A DNA stretch of 64,000 bases from Auanema rhodensis (taxonomy: Eukaryota > Animalia > Nematoda), in contig OZ059897.1 of assembly GCA_964057225.1 (NCBI GenBank), positions 9,796,001 to 9,860,000 of the forward strand. Reading direction: 5' to 3'. Below the pieces are notes generated by a model. It made no database searches and was not told where the DNA came from. It saw only the letters and a list, made by a program, of their open reading frames with translations. Below are positions 26,756 through 40,502 of this stretch, in pieces. The position numbers and the translations under genes are program-made. The first letter of the stretch is position 1. Each line of letters opens with the position of its first letter.

Positions 26756-29244
26756 ATGGAGTCCTTCCCTTCTACATCGTCTGCCATTGATGAGGGTGAT
26801 TTGGTAAGGTTTTTTTGGTCAAGGTTCTTCAAGATTAAACTATTTGTAGTTGGTACCTTGCCCAATATCTACATCAACTCATGAAAAGAAAGTTCCTAAT
26901 GGGGAAAAGGTTTAATTATGCTTAACAATGATCTTCATTTATAATATAATCTAGGCAAGAAGTATGACACGGTTGCGTAGAATAATTGATGAGATGAATG
27001 AGTTATTTGAAGAAAACTTCGTTCTTACTGTTGTTAACCCTGTATAGTTCTTTTCATATTTTTTTGATCTTTATATCTTTTTAGAATACATCAAAACATG
27101 TGTCTTTTTATGGATCGAGACCTGTTGTCAAAGCACTATACACCTCAGACTTTGTTGAAAAGTTGAAGGAGAATCTCCCAGCAACCGATAAGGTAAGATT
27201 CTGAAGCGTTTTCTTGAATTATTTTTGGTTTTAGGCTTCTATTTATATGCCTTTCACTAATATCCGTAAAGAACCCAACGAGTATATGCAATCAGAAAGT
27301 CAACTATATTCAAAAGTAATAAAGCAGACATTGTTGTCATAACTTTATTTGGTTTTTTAGATACTGCGGCTTCTTGATTTGTACAACTACCCAGCTCGCG
27401 AACATTTCAGTTATAAATCGAAAGGAAGTCGAGTTAGTTTATTTCATTTTTCAAAAGTATAAAACAGTACTTTGTGAAACCCTCTTCATTTATTATTATC
27501 AGCTATGTTATGTTATGATTTTTCGCCAGCACTGCTCTTTTTTTTGGATATTATTCCTATTTCAGGGATGTTCTCCTCGACCAAAACCTGATTATTGGCC
27601 TAAAGATGTAAAATATGGTTCTTTATTATGTGGCAATATTGCTGGTTTAACCGAGCAAAGTAAGTTTTTAATAACAAACTTGTATGATATCATTTCATTC
27701 AGACTCCACTAGAATTTTTGAAAATAGAAAAGCTATGATTCTTTTGGTACTTAATGGTGTAAGACAGCATTATCGTACTTTTTTGAAACTAATGAATGGC
27801 GTGAAACATGCCGAGGAAGAGCCAGTAGATATTGAAGATGTTGCAAACTAGTACGTTATATTTGTATTGAAGTTATTAAAATTTTTCTTAGCGAGGAGTT
27901 GCATGCTGAAAGCTCCGAAAGCAAACCCGATTTAGTCAATATGGCTCATATAGATGACAAACCATCGTCTAGTGCGATGAAGTTAGGCTCTTCAGTCGAA
28001 GGTCGGTTTGACAAATAGTGACACAGGTGAAATTCTCACAAAAAAATTTAGGAGCAAGGGACTTGCCTAAATGTTCACCTTTTAAAAAAGCTAGAATTGT
28101 CAGTCGCCCAATAGGAGTAAATGAGAGTCGCCCGAAAAGGTATTGTTTGACTGATGTCTTTTCCATGTTTCCCCAGTCTAAATGGTGCTGTTCTTTTTCT
28201 GTTGTGACCATATTTACTTAGCGTTGTTTGGCCAAGACGAGCAAGATGTGGGCAAAGACCCACTTGCCAATTTGATCTCATCTTGGGGTAGTTCTGATTT
28301 ATAGTTTTATGCGTTTCTCGGCTTTTTAAACTTATTTATTATTAGTTAAGCAAGTTATTATAGAATAGTTTACCCTATTGGAGCTGTAGGCCGATCCCCA
28401 GCTGTTCGCCAAAAATGGCCAAATTTGTCTTTCGACTCACATTCGCGAAAGTTTGCTCTGATTAGCTTTCGAAGTTACTTTACCTTCTCTTCAGTATTCC
28501 ACGAACCAGGACACGACCCATTATCACACACAAGGATAGAGTATTCACTATTGATCCTAGTGCAAGGTTACCCTCTAAGCTGTTTTTGATTATCAAACAT
28601 TGCTATTTTTAAGAAATCGATGGTCACAATATGATGTTAGACCTATGATGGAAGCAGACTTACACCCCATGGAAGATGATGTGGTCCCAACAACATCATT
28701 TTCAATGATTTCCAATAATGAGGTTTGTTTATGACTCACTACATAATCTGACCCGTTGACCATTTTTAGATAATGGGTGGTTGTACTGTTATCATTGATG
28801 GCCAAGAATATGCAGTTGTTGATGCTGATGAGGCAGTTGAACCAACAGAAGTATATGAAGAAATTAATTTACCCGAAGAAAATGGAAGTTTGATCGAAAC
28901 TAATCGAGACACTCAAATCTTACAAGCGAATAGAGGTTTTAATTATTTTCATCAAGTTAACAGTCAACATGCTTGTTTAAGAAGTCAGTGTTTCACATCA
29001 TTCATCGAAAGATACATTGCCGATAGGAAACGGGAACCTTGTGCTGTCAGACGCCGAGGGTAACCTCGATTTCAGCGGTGACCATTCGCGAAATAATGTA
29101 AGTTTCAAACGGTTCAACACCAAAACGTACAATGATATTCAGTCCAACTCCGACATGTGCAACGTTATAAGAACTGTTGTCATTAACTCGCCTGAAGGTG
29201 GTGAATTTCAAAAATCCGTTGTGAAGATTTCTCGATCAAAGTAG
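26756..29244 (+). CDS. Putative transcription factor with a divergent NRF-1/EWG-type DNA-binding domain
   Basis: Manually spliced ORF: RSMTRLRRIIDEMNELFEENFVLTVVNPNTSKHVSFYGSRPVVK, KPDYWPKDVKYG, KAMILLVLNGVRQHYRTFL, an NLS-like PFKKAR and an acidic/hydrophobic C-terminus. The gene itself is well supported; the family call is by eye. Confidence 0.6.
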
Positions 29245-29368
29245 GGATAACATAGCTGATACGCTGTCAAGGTCATACATCTCTAGACAAGTAGTAGTGG
29301 CATTAATATTGTGTTCTCTCTTTTAATCTTTAGTTACATATTCTTATTATTATGTATTTATACTCTAA

Positions 29369-29432
29369 ATATATGTATTATATATATATATATATAAATA
29401 TATTTATATATAAATATATATAATACATATAT
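29369..29432. repeat. Near-perfect 64-bp AT-rich palindrome
   Basis: Two 32-bp arms centred on 29400/29401 with no spacer and one mismatch (29388/29413). Confidence 0.9.
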
Positions 29433-29961
29433 GTTCTTATTTGAAATTTAGCCTAGAATTGTTAGTGTTCATAATAACATTTTCTTGTCGCATCTTAGTC
29501 ATCATCCATAACATTGTTCTCATGAGGGTCTCAGTAGCAATCGCTTGTTATATTGTGCTTATGTTGTCACATAACTATACAGGAATTTTTTTTTGTTTTT
29601 ATTTTAATTTTTGAAACAGTTCTCGCACTGTATTTATACTTCTACTGAATTTCACGATGATTTTTAATTTACAAATTCCCGTTTCGTCCTATTCTTATCT
29701 AGTCTTCTCATGGAAGATTGTATGAAGCAATTTGCAGGTGCATTCATTTCTTTTCACAGCGGGATACAATCATGAACATGAAAAACAGTGAAAATTCACT
29801 ATCATGAGCATTTAGCCCAATTGATTGACTTGTTTCTCTGTTCTTCTTTTATTCTTGTGCTTTTCCTTGTTTAACAGATTCCATTTTTTTTATTTCCAGA
29901 GCGAAACAAAGCCGGCTTCATCCTTTGGGGTCCGGTCTTACTGTTAGTTATATGATACACA

Positions 29962-32900
29962 ATGTATGAGGAATGGCCCATCCTAGAATTTCCTGACATT
30001 GGTGCTAGTATTTTGGGTCTTTTTACCAAGTGAGCTCAAGCATAGTCGCTAAATAATTGAAATTTTATTTTAGAAACACCAGTGAATCTGTAGCATCTTT
30101 CTTACTTTATGAATTAACAAGGGAAGAAACTGAAGATGTTCCTTCTATACGTCTTAATACAGAGGATCAACTACGTTGGTCCATGCAGGTAATTGAAATT
30201 TATAATTTTTGAATCATATTCATTGCTTAGGTTCTTAATCATGCTCTGACATTTTCGTTTATGTCTAATCGTGAATATAACACCATACGTGGAGCTGTTA
30301 AAATATATCTTCATTGGCTACGAGCTTTAACTGATCTGCCTGATGGAACTATTCCAACTCCATTGTTAGATACTCCTGAAAAATACTTTAGGTTCTTGAT
30401 ATAAATTAAAAAATTGATAAATACTATCAACTTCCAGAACCATCATCGAGGCTTTACGATGTGTTTTCTGTAGGAGGGACGACGTATCTATTGATGAGAG
30501 AAAAGAGGTTTAACACTAAATGCTTAACGAGTATATTTTTTTGTTTTTTAGGGAGAAGTATCTAATGTCCCCCGAGGACTAGCTATTGAAAGACAAGCTA
30601 CAGAAATAGAAATAATTTTAGATACTGTTAAAGCTCTTACTCAATCTGCTAGTAGAAAATATCAAAACGAAGTTTGGGCTCGATCTTTAAGCTTCTTGCT
30701 GAACTCTGCTGATCTGTTGTTATCCGATCCTTTATCATCAGGTATGCTTTTGTCGTAGATATGTGCAGTTATGATTGGTTTAGAAGAGATGGGAATCAGG
30801 GTAGGTTCTCGTGTAGTTGACACATTGTTTGAATTATGGTTCCGAGCAGTATTAAATGAAGAAATTCCATCACCTACCTATTGGAGAACTTTATCTGTAT
30901 TATGTCGGAGATGGCGACATCATGTTAGTGTGCCTGCAATTTAGTTTGAATACGTTTGATTATAGGTAACTGTTATTGAGTCGTGGGCTCGCAAGCTTTT
31001 ATCAATGACAGTATTAGTTTGTCGAAAAATGTATGGAGATGAATACAGTAGAGTTCTTATACGTAAGTATATACATTTGCACTTTTCGGTTTCGCATTTA
31101 TTTATTTTTCAGACGATGATAGTATTATTCCTTTCGGTTTATTGCCGGCTACTGACGAAGGAGAGATTGACTTGTTATATCAAAGCTGGTTTAATCTTTT
31201 GTCGTTGCTCGGTAGTCCTGCTACTATTCTTAAGCACGATCCTTCACAAAATAAACCTATCCGTGAGTTATTTTACACGATCATAAGCTGAAAGAGTTAA
31301 ATTAGTTTTTAAATACTTGCTTTGCCATTTCGAATGCAACCAACCACTCAACCCATTTCTTGGAGCAAAATAGCATACTTATTATTTCACTTTTGTCATA
31401 CACAAATTAGTTTTTATGCTTAGTTACACTTCTTTATGAAAGTTTTGTTTTGATTTTGTAAAAGAGTTAAGAGTTATCTTAGAAAATTATAATTATTTCT
31501 TGTTAAATGAATATGGTTTTTTTTGCAGATGACGGAGAAAAAATAACAGTGGGTGCAAGTGAAGGATATATTGCCGCTCTACCTTTGTGCTTCTTCTTAG
31601 CCACTACTGCAATTCAGAGAATGGTAGATGTATTCTATGGTATATCTCTGTCATCCTCCAATTATGCAAGTTTTTTTTCCAGGTGATAACAGAGTCCCCA
31701 TAGAATTTAAAGAGTCCGACATATTAATAAGAAAGTGGACTCTTTCTTCTGCAGCAGGCAGTGAGGACACAACAAGCTATCGCCACAGGAGCGAAGTATG
31801 TTTTTTTCACCTTTGATTTTTACAATTACTGCTCAGAGGGGAGAAGCTGCCAGTGGAATAACTGACCACACCAAGGATACTCAATGCACGGATTCAACAC
31901 TGACGGGTGAACGTCGTGGATCTTGCTCATCATCTGTTAGTGGCCGTGATGCTCGTTTGTCTTCAGAAATGAGTAGGAAAACGCAAAAAAGACATTCAGG
32001 CATACTATGATGTATTAAACGAGTTTCGTTATATAATTTTTTCAGATCGTAGTGGCAAGAATGAAAGTGCTTCACAAACAGTGCAACCCCATTATAATCG
32101 TGCCGAGCCATCATTGAGCCAACATGCAACTTCATTGCCACCTTTACAGGTATTTCAATAGAAAAAACCCTCTTGAATAGCATATATACAGGTCACTTCG
32201 GGATCTCAAGTGAGTCGGACAGGCGAAAGTGTAAGTACACGTTTTGATGTAAATGGAAAGGCTAGTTTAACGTCATGCGGAAATGCTCGTCCATGTGCTT
32301 CTCACTTTGTTGGACATGCTTTAAATGGTAACCGTAATATCAGCTTACATAACTAATATTTGTATATACAGCAAACCCAGCATACCCCGCATATGTAGGT
32401 GAACGTGGTCCAAAAAGCGAGAGATTACTAAATCTTACTATGAATTGGTTACTTGAAGCTAGTACCGCAGGGCGTCAGGATAAAGAACGAACAAGTGGTG
32501 GAGATGTGACAGACGGTATGTTATAACACTAGTGGACATAACACATCGATGTTATCTTTTTCCTGTTTTGCATTTTGTTTTCCTAATATGATTGGGTTGC
32601 GCTTTTCTAGTCACTTTTCTTTCCAGTGTTTGTTACTTTTTCCTCTGTTCTTTCCTTTTTTGCCCGAAAGCTTTTTATATCAAACAAGTTTTTATCTCTA
32701 CATCAGTACTTTATACTATTCGTTTCGCTGCTACTCCCACTACTCTCTATCATTCTTTCTTTCTCAATTCCTCCTCACCTTCTATCTTGTTCCCGCGTTT
32801 CATCATGGTTGTTTAATGATTTGCATAATCGTCTCACAAGCGAAAATTTAAAACTTTTCGTTTCATATGTTTCCGCTGACGACCTTCCTCTCCCGTTTTC

Positions 32901-35900
32901 GATTTTGGAAGCTCTGCTCATCTTGTTCAATTGAGGTAGAATATCAAGATTGGGTTAGGCGCGACCTTTATGTTGTATGCGCACGTTCCATTGTTTGAAG
33001 TCCTCAATAATTCCTCTTCTTTACTCTATATTGGGACATACCAGCGGGATGTTCTTCACTTCGCCAGGATTCGTTGATTTCACTCTGGAAACATTCTTTC
33101 AATAAGCTCTTTATTTCTTTTTAATATGGTATTATTATGAATAACAGTAACATACAATTCTACCTGCCTTATTGACAGTTATTCAACCTTTATCTATATG
33201 TTTGCTCAGCCTTTCTCTTTACGTGGCAGATTTTCGATCTATCTTTTTCTTTCACTATCTCTATTTCATTAAGTTTAGCCCTCATCTCTCTAACATTTAT
33301 ATCCGACCTCTCTTTTTCCCTTTTCCTGTTCCATCTCTTCCTCTAATTCTCTTCATATATATCTTTCTCTTACTCTCACAATGTATGACAGTAGATCAGC
33401 TTTCTATAGACCGATGTGCCTCATAGACAACAGAATTGGAAACCGCGTATTCATATTCCAAATAAAGCCCTGTCACTGACAGCGGCAACCAGAAACTGAC
33501 ATTCTACTCTTACGGCGACATAAATATATTCTAACTTAACCTGACCAAAACGATCCCAGATTAGAACTACCATGTCCTCGTCGTGTTAGTAATAGATAGT
33601 CATGGTCATTCCTTATATTGATTGACTTGCAACACCTGATTCTCTATGCTCTTCCTCAAATAATGTCAGTAACCAAGATTTCGATTGTCTTCTGTTTGCT
33701 TTTCAACATTTCCACCAGTCGTCTGCCTTTTCTTAGCCTTCGTTATGTAACTAAAGCCATGAATAAGATGAAGTCGTCACTGAGAACCTCTAAATTTTGG
33801 AGCTAAAGGCAATTCTTTGGGTCTTTTTGCAAACTTTTCTGATAACTTCAGATTTTTTTTCGAGAGCTACTAAGTCGTCTCATATTTGTCGCCGCCTGTT
33901 ATTTGTCTATTGTCACTTTAGTCTTCCTTCCTCTTATAGATCCTTTGAGCAATCATTGAGCATTGATTAGTCGAAACTGTAGTGTTCTCTAAATTTCTCA
34001 GCAATAATAAGCATCTCCTTATGCTGCTTGCAACATTTTCATTGTTTTTAATTTAGATAGTGGGAAATTCATCATATATTTCCTTCTTGATTAATTCAGG
34101 TAGTAATGTCCATTAAAGTTTGCATTATTGCTTATATTTCTGACCTTCATGAACTTCAAGAACCTTCTTCCAAGTGTTTAGCAATGGTTTAAATATATCA
34201 TTCCTCATAATCAAATATTTTGATTTCTTTTCATCATACTCAGCGTTTTCCAAAATACAAGTTTTTGATTTACAATTTTCTAAACTTTGTTTCTAGACAT
34301 AAATAATCATGTGTTCCCCACTAGGCATTCACTTCTGTAACCGGTTGCGGCGTGTTTAATCGCCAGCCAGCCCCATCTTTCTCTTGCTACTCGATTTCAT
34401 CCCCACATACATACATATATGGACAACGTTTTCTACTACCTTCCCACCTGTTAGTTTTCCATATATAGCTTCACCGAATTCCTATATTTGCTCTTCATCT
34501 TCTCCCAAATCATGATATGCCACGACAATCGGATTCCTCTATTTCCACTGTGTCATGTGCAGCTATCTTGTCTGCTATAAACCCCATGTTTGGGAAGATA
34601 TGGGGGTTGTCACCTGTTGGCTTAATTCAAAATTCGGATATTTGTAAGTAGCAAATGCGCAACATTCTTTGTATATGCATCTAATTGTTATGTCCTTTTG
34701 ATTGTCATTATTGTATGTGTCTATCTATCTGTCTGCGTCTACAATCGACAGCCCTATATTCCACATTAACGTTTATTAGTTATTCCTTTTAATGCGAGAT
34801 TTTCAGATGTGATTTCGGGATTGTCGCTCCATTCTGTAGACCTAGACGACGTACCCGATGCAATGAATAGCGTAGTAGGAGAACGAACTTATGATCAGAA
34901 GCGTCGAAGTTTTGGTAACATTTTCTAAAAATTTAGAAAACGGAAGAGATTCATTTCAGGAAGTTCCTCGTCTTCCGTAGCCGGAGATGCAGCTTCAACT
35001 TCTGAAGTCATAGCTTCTTCGCCAGATCTGCTAGCAGTGGATGGTTCGCGCTTAATACAAGATAAAATACCTCAAATTTAATAATTCAGGAGTGTCCGCC
35101 GGACGGGCAGCAGCCTTAGCAGCTCTGACAAGAATTGTCTGCTCAAAATCAACTACAGAAAGGCTACCTAATTCACAGCTGGCTGGATACATGTCAACTT
35201 TATACCAAGCTCTAATAGAGGTGTTCTATATTGTGAAATTTCCCTCATTTTGAAAATTTCAGAAGGATCGTATTGTATTGTGTTCCTTATTTTACTATGG
35301 CCATTCCCTGTTTAGACTTGGTCTTCCAGCCATAGAAGCTGTTTTACCTCATTATTTATTTGCCCTTGATATAATTTTAATAGAAAGTTCTAAACTCAGG
35401 TTTGTTTTAAATTTTTATTTTATTTTTATTCATAATGTTTTAAGACTTCACCCTTCTATTCATGAGGTGGAAATGAGAAGATGCTGCTTAAGGGCTCTTT
35501 CTTCTGTTATTTGTTGGCCAACAACCTTTGGCATGAGCAAAATACCGCGTAGGAATCAAACCTCAATATTTGTATAAACTATAAATTCAGAATTATCCGA
35601 CTCCGCCAATTTAAAATCAAGCGCTGCAACTTATTTACATCTACGTTCTCGAATTTACAAAACGTTGGTTTTCAGTCTTAGAAATGAAACAGATCCTCTT
35701 AATCTTCAAATGACGCTAGGTATACTTAAACCGAATTATGTTTATTAAACTTCCTTACCATGCAGCCATGTGCACCGTTTTAATCGAAGAGAGTTGCAAT
35801 TTTGATTTGGGATTAACGGAAGAGCAAACTAGAGAAATGATGCGGATAACTATGTCCAAAAATGGGTCCCAACCTGAAAAAGGTTTTATTTTTTCTTATT

Positions 35901-38900
35901 TTACATTTTCAAAGTTTTTCTTTAAGGGCTTTGTGTTTCTTTTGTTCGCGGCCTTGTTTCCGCTGTTTGTGATAGAATTTGTCGATCTGAGTGGGCTGGT
36001 GAACATTCTGTTTCTCTTGCAGCTATAGATCTTCTAAATGCCCTTTCACATGTACATCCTACAGTTCTGTTCAATAATAGTAAGGTTTTTGTTTTGAATT
36101 TTATATTTTGGTTTGGCTGTTTAGAAGATGTTTCAACTGGGTTCCTCATAGTAGCATCATTATGCCGATTCATTGAAACGCAACTGATGAAACCTCCTCC
36201 ACTACATTCGAAAGATTTACATTCTACGGTATTTATTTTAAAATATTAGAATTCGAAACATCAAAATATTTACTTAATGATTCAATATGTATGTAACCGA
36301 ACGTGCGCTAGTGAAAAGTGAAAATGAAATGTTTCACGTGAACTAAAACGTGATGAACTATTTGAAAACTTCAGATAGACGTTTGAAAGTTTTTATCAAA
36401 AAACTTCATGATCTCTAAATACTTGAACATTCTCTATTTCAGGTTGTCGCAGCTTATAACTCTATTTCCGTTTGGTTGTGTGCTGCACCGTTGCTTGCGG
36501 AATGCGAAGGTGTTTTGAATACAGTAGCAGAAGCTGTGCAATTAGGAGTAACAGGATCCAAAAAACATGATGTAAGAAAATTTATTTTTAAGCTTAATCC
36601 TCATATTTTTGTTTCAGAGTTCGTCAGTGGAAACAGATAAAGAGAAAGAGAAAAAGGCTGCCAGTAAACGTGTACTTGAAGCAGCTGAGTATTTGATGTA
36701 TTCATTATTTTGCAATGTGGTAATATACCAAAAGCTAGTTTATATAAAAATATTTTATTGTTAGGGTCGAGGTTGCCGGTGGGCATTATGTGATGAGAGA
36801 AGATTGCTATACTTATATGGACCCTCTGCTATAGATACAACGAGATTCCAACATTTTCTAGTCAATGGTGATACACTTCTATCACTTCACGAAGCTTCTC
36901 ACATCACCGCTTTATCTAATGGTATGATCCTTTAACGTTCTAATTTTCTAATTGGCATTGTTTTAAGGAAATCCTTGTGTTCTCTATGTTCGTCGTTCCC
37001 CCATGCAAGCTGCCAGTGTTGGTGTAGCACGATTAAAACCTCATCCTGAAGGTTATAGGCCTGAGCTTGCTCCACCTCAAACCCCATTATCAGCTTTATC
37101 TAGTGACATTTTTGGTTAGTTTATTAGTTTATTAGTTTTTTAATATTATTCATTCCTTATTAAGGAAAGAAAGATTCAACTATGTCTCAGCACTCTGTTG
37201 CTTCTCGAACATCTGGTGTTTCCACTATGTCTAGTCTTTCTGAAAACTCAGGTTCGCTTTTCTAATTATATTTTAATTTTTAATTGTTATTATTTTAGCT
37301 GTATCTAATTTTTCCTCAAGTTCTACCATCACTCGCCAAAGTACTCTATCTTCTCAGTCTGTTGCCACTGGCTCTATCTTGAGCGGTGTTTCCAACGTGA
37401 GCGTAAAAACCACAGTATCTACCCCAGCTAATCTTTGTAAGTTCTTTTGATCCCTATTTAATTGTCTAGTGATGCCTATTCAGCTCAAACCGTTGTTCCG
37501 GAAGGGCAGGCTGTGTCAATGACTTCAAGCGGTTCAACAGTATCTGCTCCTGCCTCAACTTCGATTACAGCAACACCATCAACAGGTTCTATTAAGAAAC
37601 CTTTGGTCAGAGAGGGATCCAACAAAGATTTAATTTCCTCTCCAATTGGTCATCGTTTTGTTGTTCCACAAGAATTTTACAAATTAACGTGTAAACTGTA
37701 CGAATTATGGTCATTATGGTTTTGTTGACAAGTTTTTGTTTAGCGACACTACGATTAAAGTTCTCGAAGCGAACGCCGAAACCAAAAGTTTAATGGAGGA
37801 GCTTCAAAAAGTTGAAAATCATCCGCAGCGACAAAAGGGAAACGTATGGGCTTCACATAGTCGTGACGATCGAATTGTTGCACCTATCCAGTAAGCTATA
37901 TGTTGTTTCTATTCTCTTACCCCAGCTTTATAGAAGTGCCAGTACTTGTGAATCCATTCGTATTTTCCTTTATGATATGGGTCTAATCGATAAAGATGTA
38001 TTCAGCTCTGGAATAGTAATGCTAGATAGCGGTCAAAGGTTGTATACTGTAGTTATTTTCATTTTTCACTTATTGTCATATTTCAGCGCTGATTTCTATA
38101 GAGATCTCCATGACATGGTTGATAGCTGTCCTTCACGTTCCATTCAAACTGCTCATCTTTTTTATGTGAAAGAAGGACAAAGATCAGCTGTTGATATTCT
38201 TGATAATGCGGTAGGGCTACTATTCTTTTTGAAGTTTTGTTGAATGATTTCAAGTTCTGAACTTATTGAACCCAAAGCTATCAACCGATTATTTTATTTC
38301 AATGCCAAAAAAAAGAAAATATTCAATTATCCAACTTCAAAATTGAACATGCAGTCTGCATTAATCTCACATAAAAATTATTTTTCAGTTGAACATTCAA
38401 AATACTTCTTCTGACTTTTGTGGATTCCTTAGCGGTCTTGGTGAAGGTATTGAAGTTGGTGTTCATGATTCTTGGACTGGTCATTGGTCTACAGCTTTTA
38501 GCAGTGAAAGAAGTATTTTTTGACAGTTTTAACAAAATTGTAATTAATTATTATTCAAGAACCCTTAGAAGAGACAGAGCCTGTTGATCATTATATTATT
38601 GATGGTGTTACTCATGCTCTCTGGTGGTCAGATGCTGCTAATGAGCTAGCATTCTTAATGCCAACTGAGCGTAGTTTGCGTTTATTTAAACAAGATTTGA
38701 CATCACCGGCTGTCAGTTCGAGAAGTAAAAAACTTTTTTCTTTGCATTTCAATCATCAATCATATTTAGGAGGATCTAGCAACAAAAACACTTCAAATGT
38801 CTCCATGTCATCAGATGATTTGAAAGCTGACAACGGTTCTTTCGATAGGTAGTTTCCACTTGTTAAATTTCGTTTATATTTTGATTGCTATAGTACACAT

Positions 38901-39656
38901 CACAATGATGTCTTCCTTCAACCCCCTTCACGTCCGCGAGGAAATTCAAACCTAACAGATCGTGATGGGTTTGTTCCATATGGAGGAGGTGGAAGTAACT
39001 TAGGTATACTTAATAAATTTTCTATGTATTAATTTAAAATGAATTACAGGAGTTTCGCCTCCATCGAGAAGAAGTTCGGATTTACGTGTGATGTTAGTCT
39101 GGCTAGAGAAATCTGAGGACTTATATCATTTCCCTACTGGTCAGATTGATTTTTTTGTTGAATTTTCTGTTAAAATTACTATTTTCAGAAGAATTACTGT
39201 GTGCTTGTGATGACGGCTTTGATCGTTTACCTCTTACAAAGGGAGAAAAACCAGCGTATTGTGTTATATTTATGTACCAAATCGAACAAGGATTAATTCA
39301 TATCCGAACAAGGGGCTCTGCAAATAGGTATATTTCACTTAAACCATGTATATAATTTTAAAAATCAATATAAATTTAGGTTTGGTGAAGCCGGACCATT
39401 ATGTGATGGAATGGTTGTTTCATTTTCCTCCTTAGCTTCGTTTGTTCGTCTCACTTTGTTGAATATCAACAGAAGAAATGTGGCTGAAGTTGAAAAGTAA
39501 GTTTTATTTTCTAGAAAGTTTGAAATTATTTTGAATTTCATTTGTAGCTATCAGTTTTCTCACGTTAAACGGAAACAAGCAATAGTCGACTTCAGCAAAA
39601 AGTATGCTGCTACGCTAACCTATGAAGATTTCCTGACAAAACTGATTGTCAGGTAA
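29962..39656 (+). CDS. hgap-2: Ral GTPase-activating protein beta subunit (RALGAPB)
   Basis: MYEEW start, EDQLRWSMQVLNHAL, PTYWRTL...RWRH, GRAAALAAL, LHSKDLHSTVVAAY, KAASKRVLEAAEYL, GHWSTA, GPLCDGMVV, and HVKRKQAI near the end. Confidence 0.9.
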
Positions 39657-40502
39657 TTAAAGCCTAGTTACCGCTTGAATTTTTTCCTGTATATTCATAT
39701 AATAGGGTATTTATCATATTTTTACGGATTTTCACTTTTTTTATACATATCCTTGCATTCGCCTTGCTACTCTTGTGATATTTTGTACTCTAACTCTATT
39801 CGGTGCCTTAATATTATGTTGTTAAATTGCCTTATGTTGAAGTTTTATTCTTTTTTCTCTGTTAAAATGTGATTTTAATAAGCCTGATTGACCTAAATAC
39901 GCACTGTTTCCATCAAGAGTTTAAGTAAATTCAATACTGTTGACTATCAGGTTGTGCTCTCTCTCTCTTTGTGATATTCTAAGAAATTGATAATAGAATA
40001 TTATTAAATAATAACATACGTATAATAATCAATCTTATAATAATAAATATTCTTATGTATTTTTCTCTTTGTTTTGAATTCATAATATACAGTATTAACG
40101 GTAAACTTGTTGTATAACATGGGGAAAACAATGCTTTAAACCCTTCCGTTTGATTCAGAACTTGAATTTGGATTTTTAATTATAGAAAAATAGTTCAAAT
40201 AGAAGCTTTACGTCCAATATTGGAAAGTATTGCTGTTCACTATTGGTTATGAATGATTTTTTCATCCAGCTATGTCATGTTTTGATTTTTTCCAAGAATA
40301 TATGTTTTTCGAATTACATAAAAAACGATATTTATCTCCAATATTACGAGCAAAATGCATTTGATGTATATGCTTGTTGGATGATCGGATAATATAATAT
40401 TCAGTTTATTGTACAATTCTATCTGAATTATTTCCCGGAACATTTTAACTTCTATCAAGCTGTGGGCTCTACGAAATTTCTTTTATTTTAATATTTTAGG
40501 AG

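Noticed and set aside
32549-33806. Several overlapping hydrophobic ORFs, suggesting a nested gene in the RalGAP beta intron
   Set aside because: The pyrimidine-rich sequence lacks stops by composition, the translations are F/L/S low complexity, and I found no coherent exon chain on either strand
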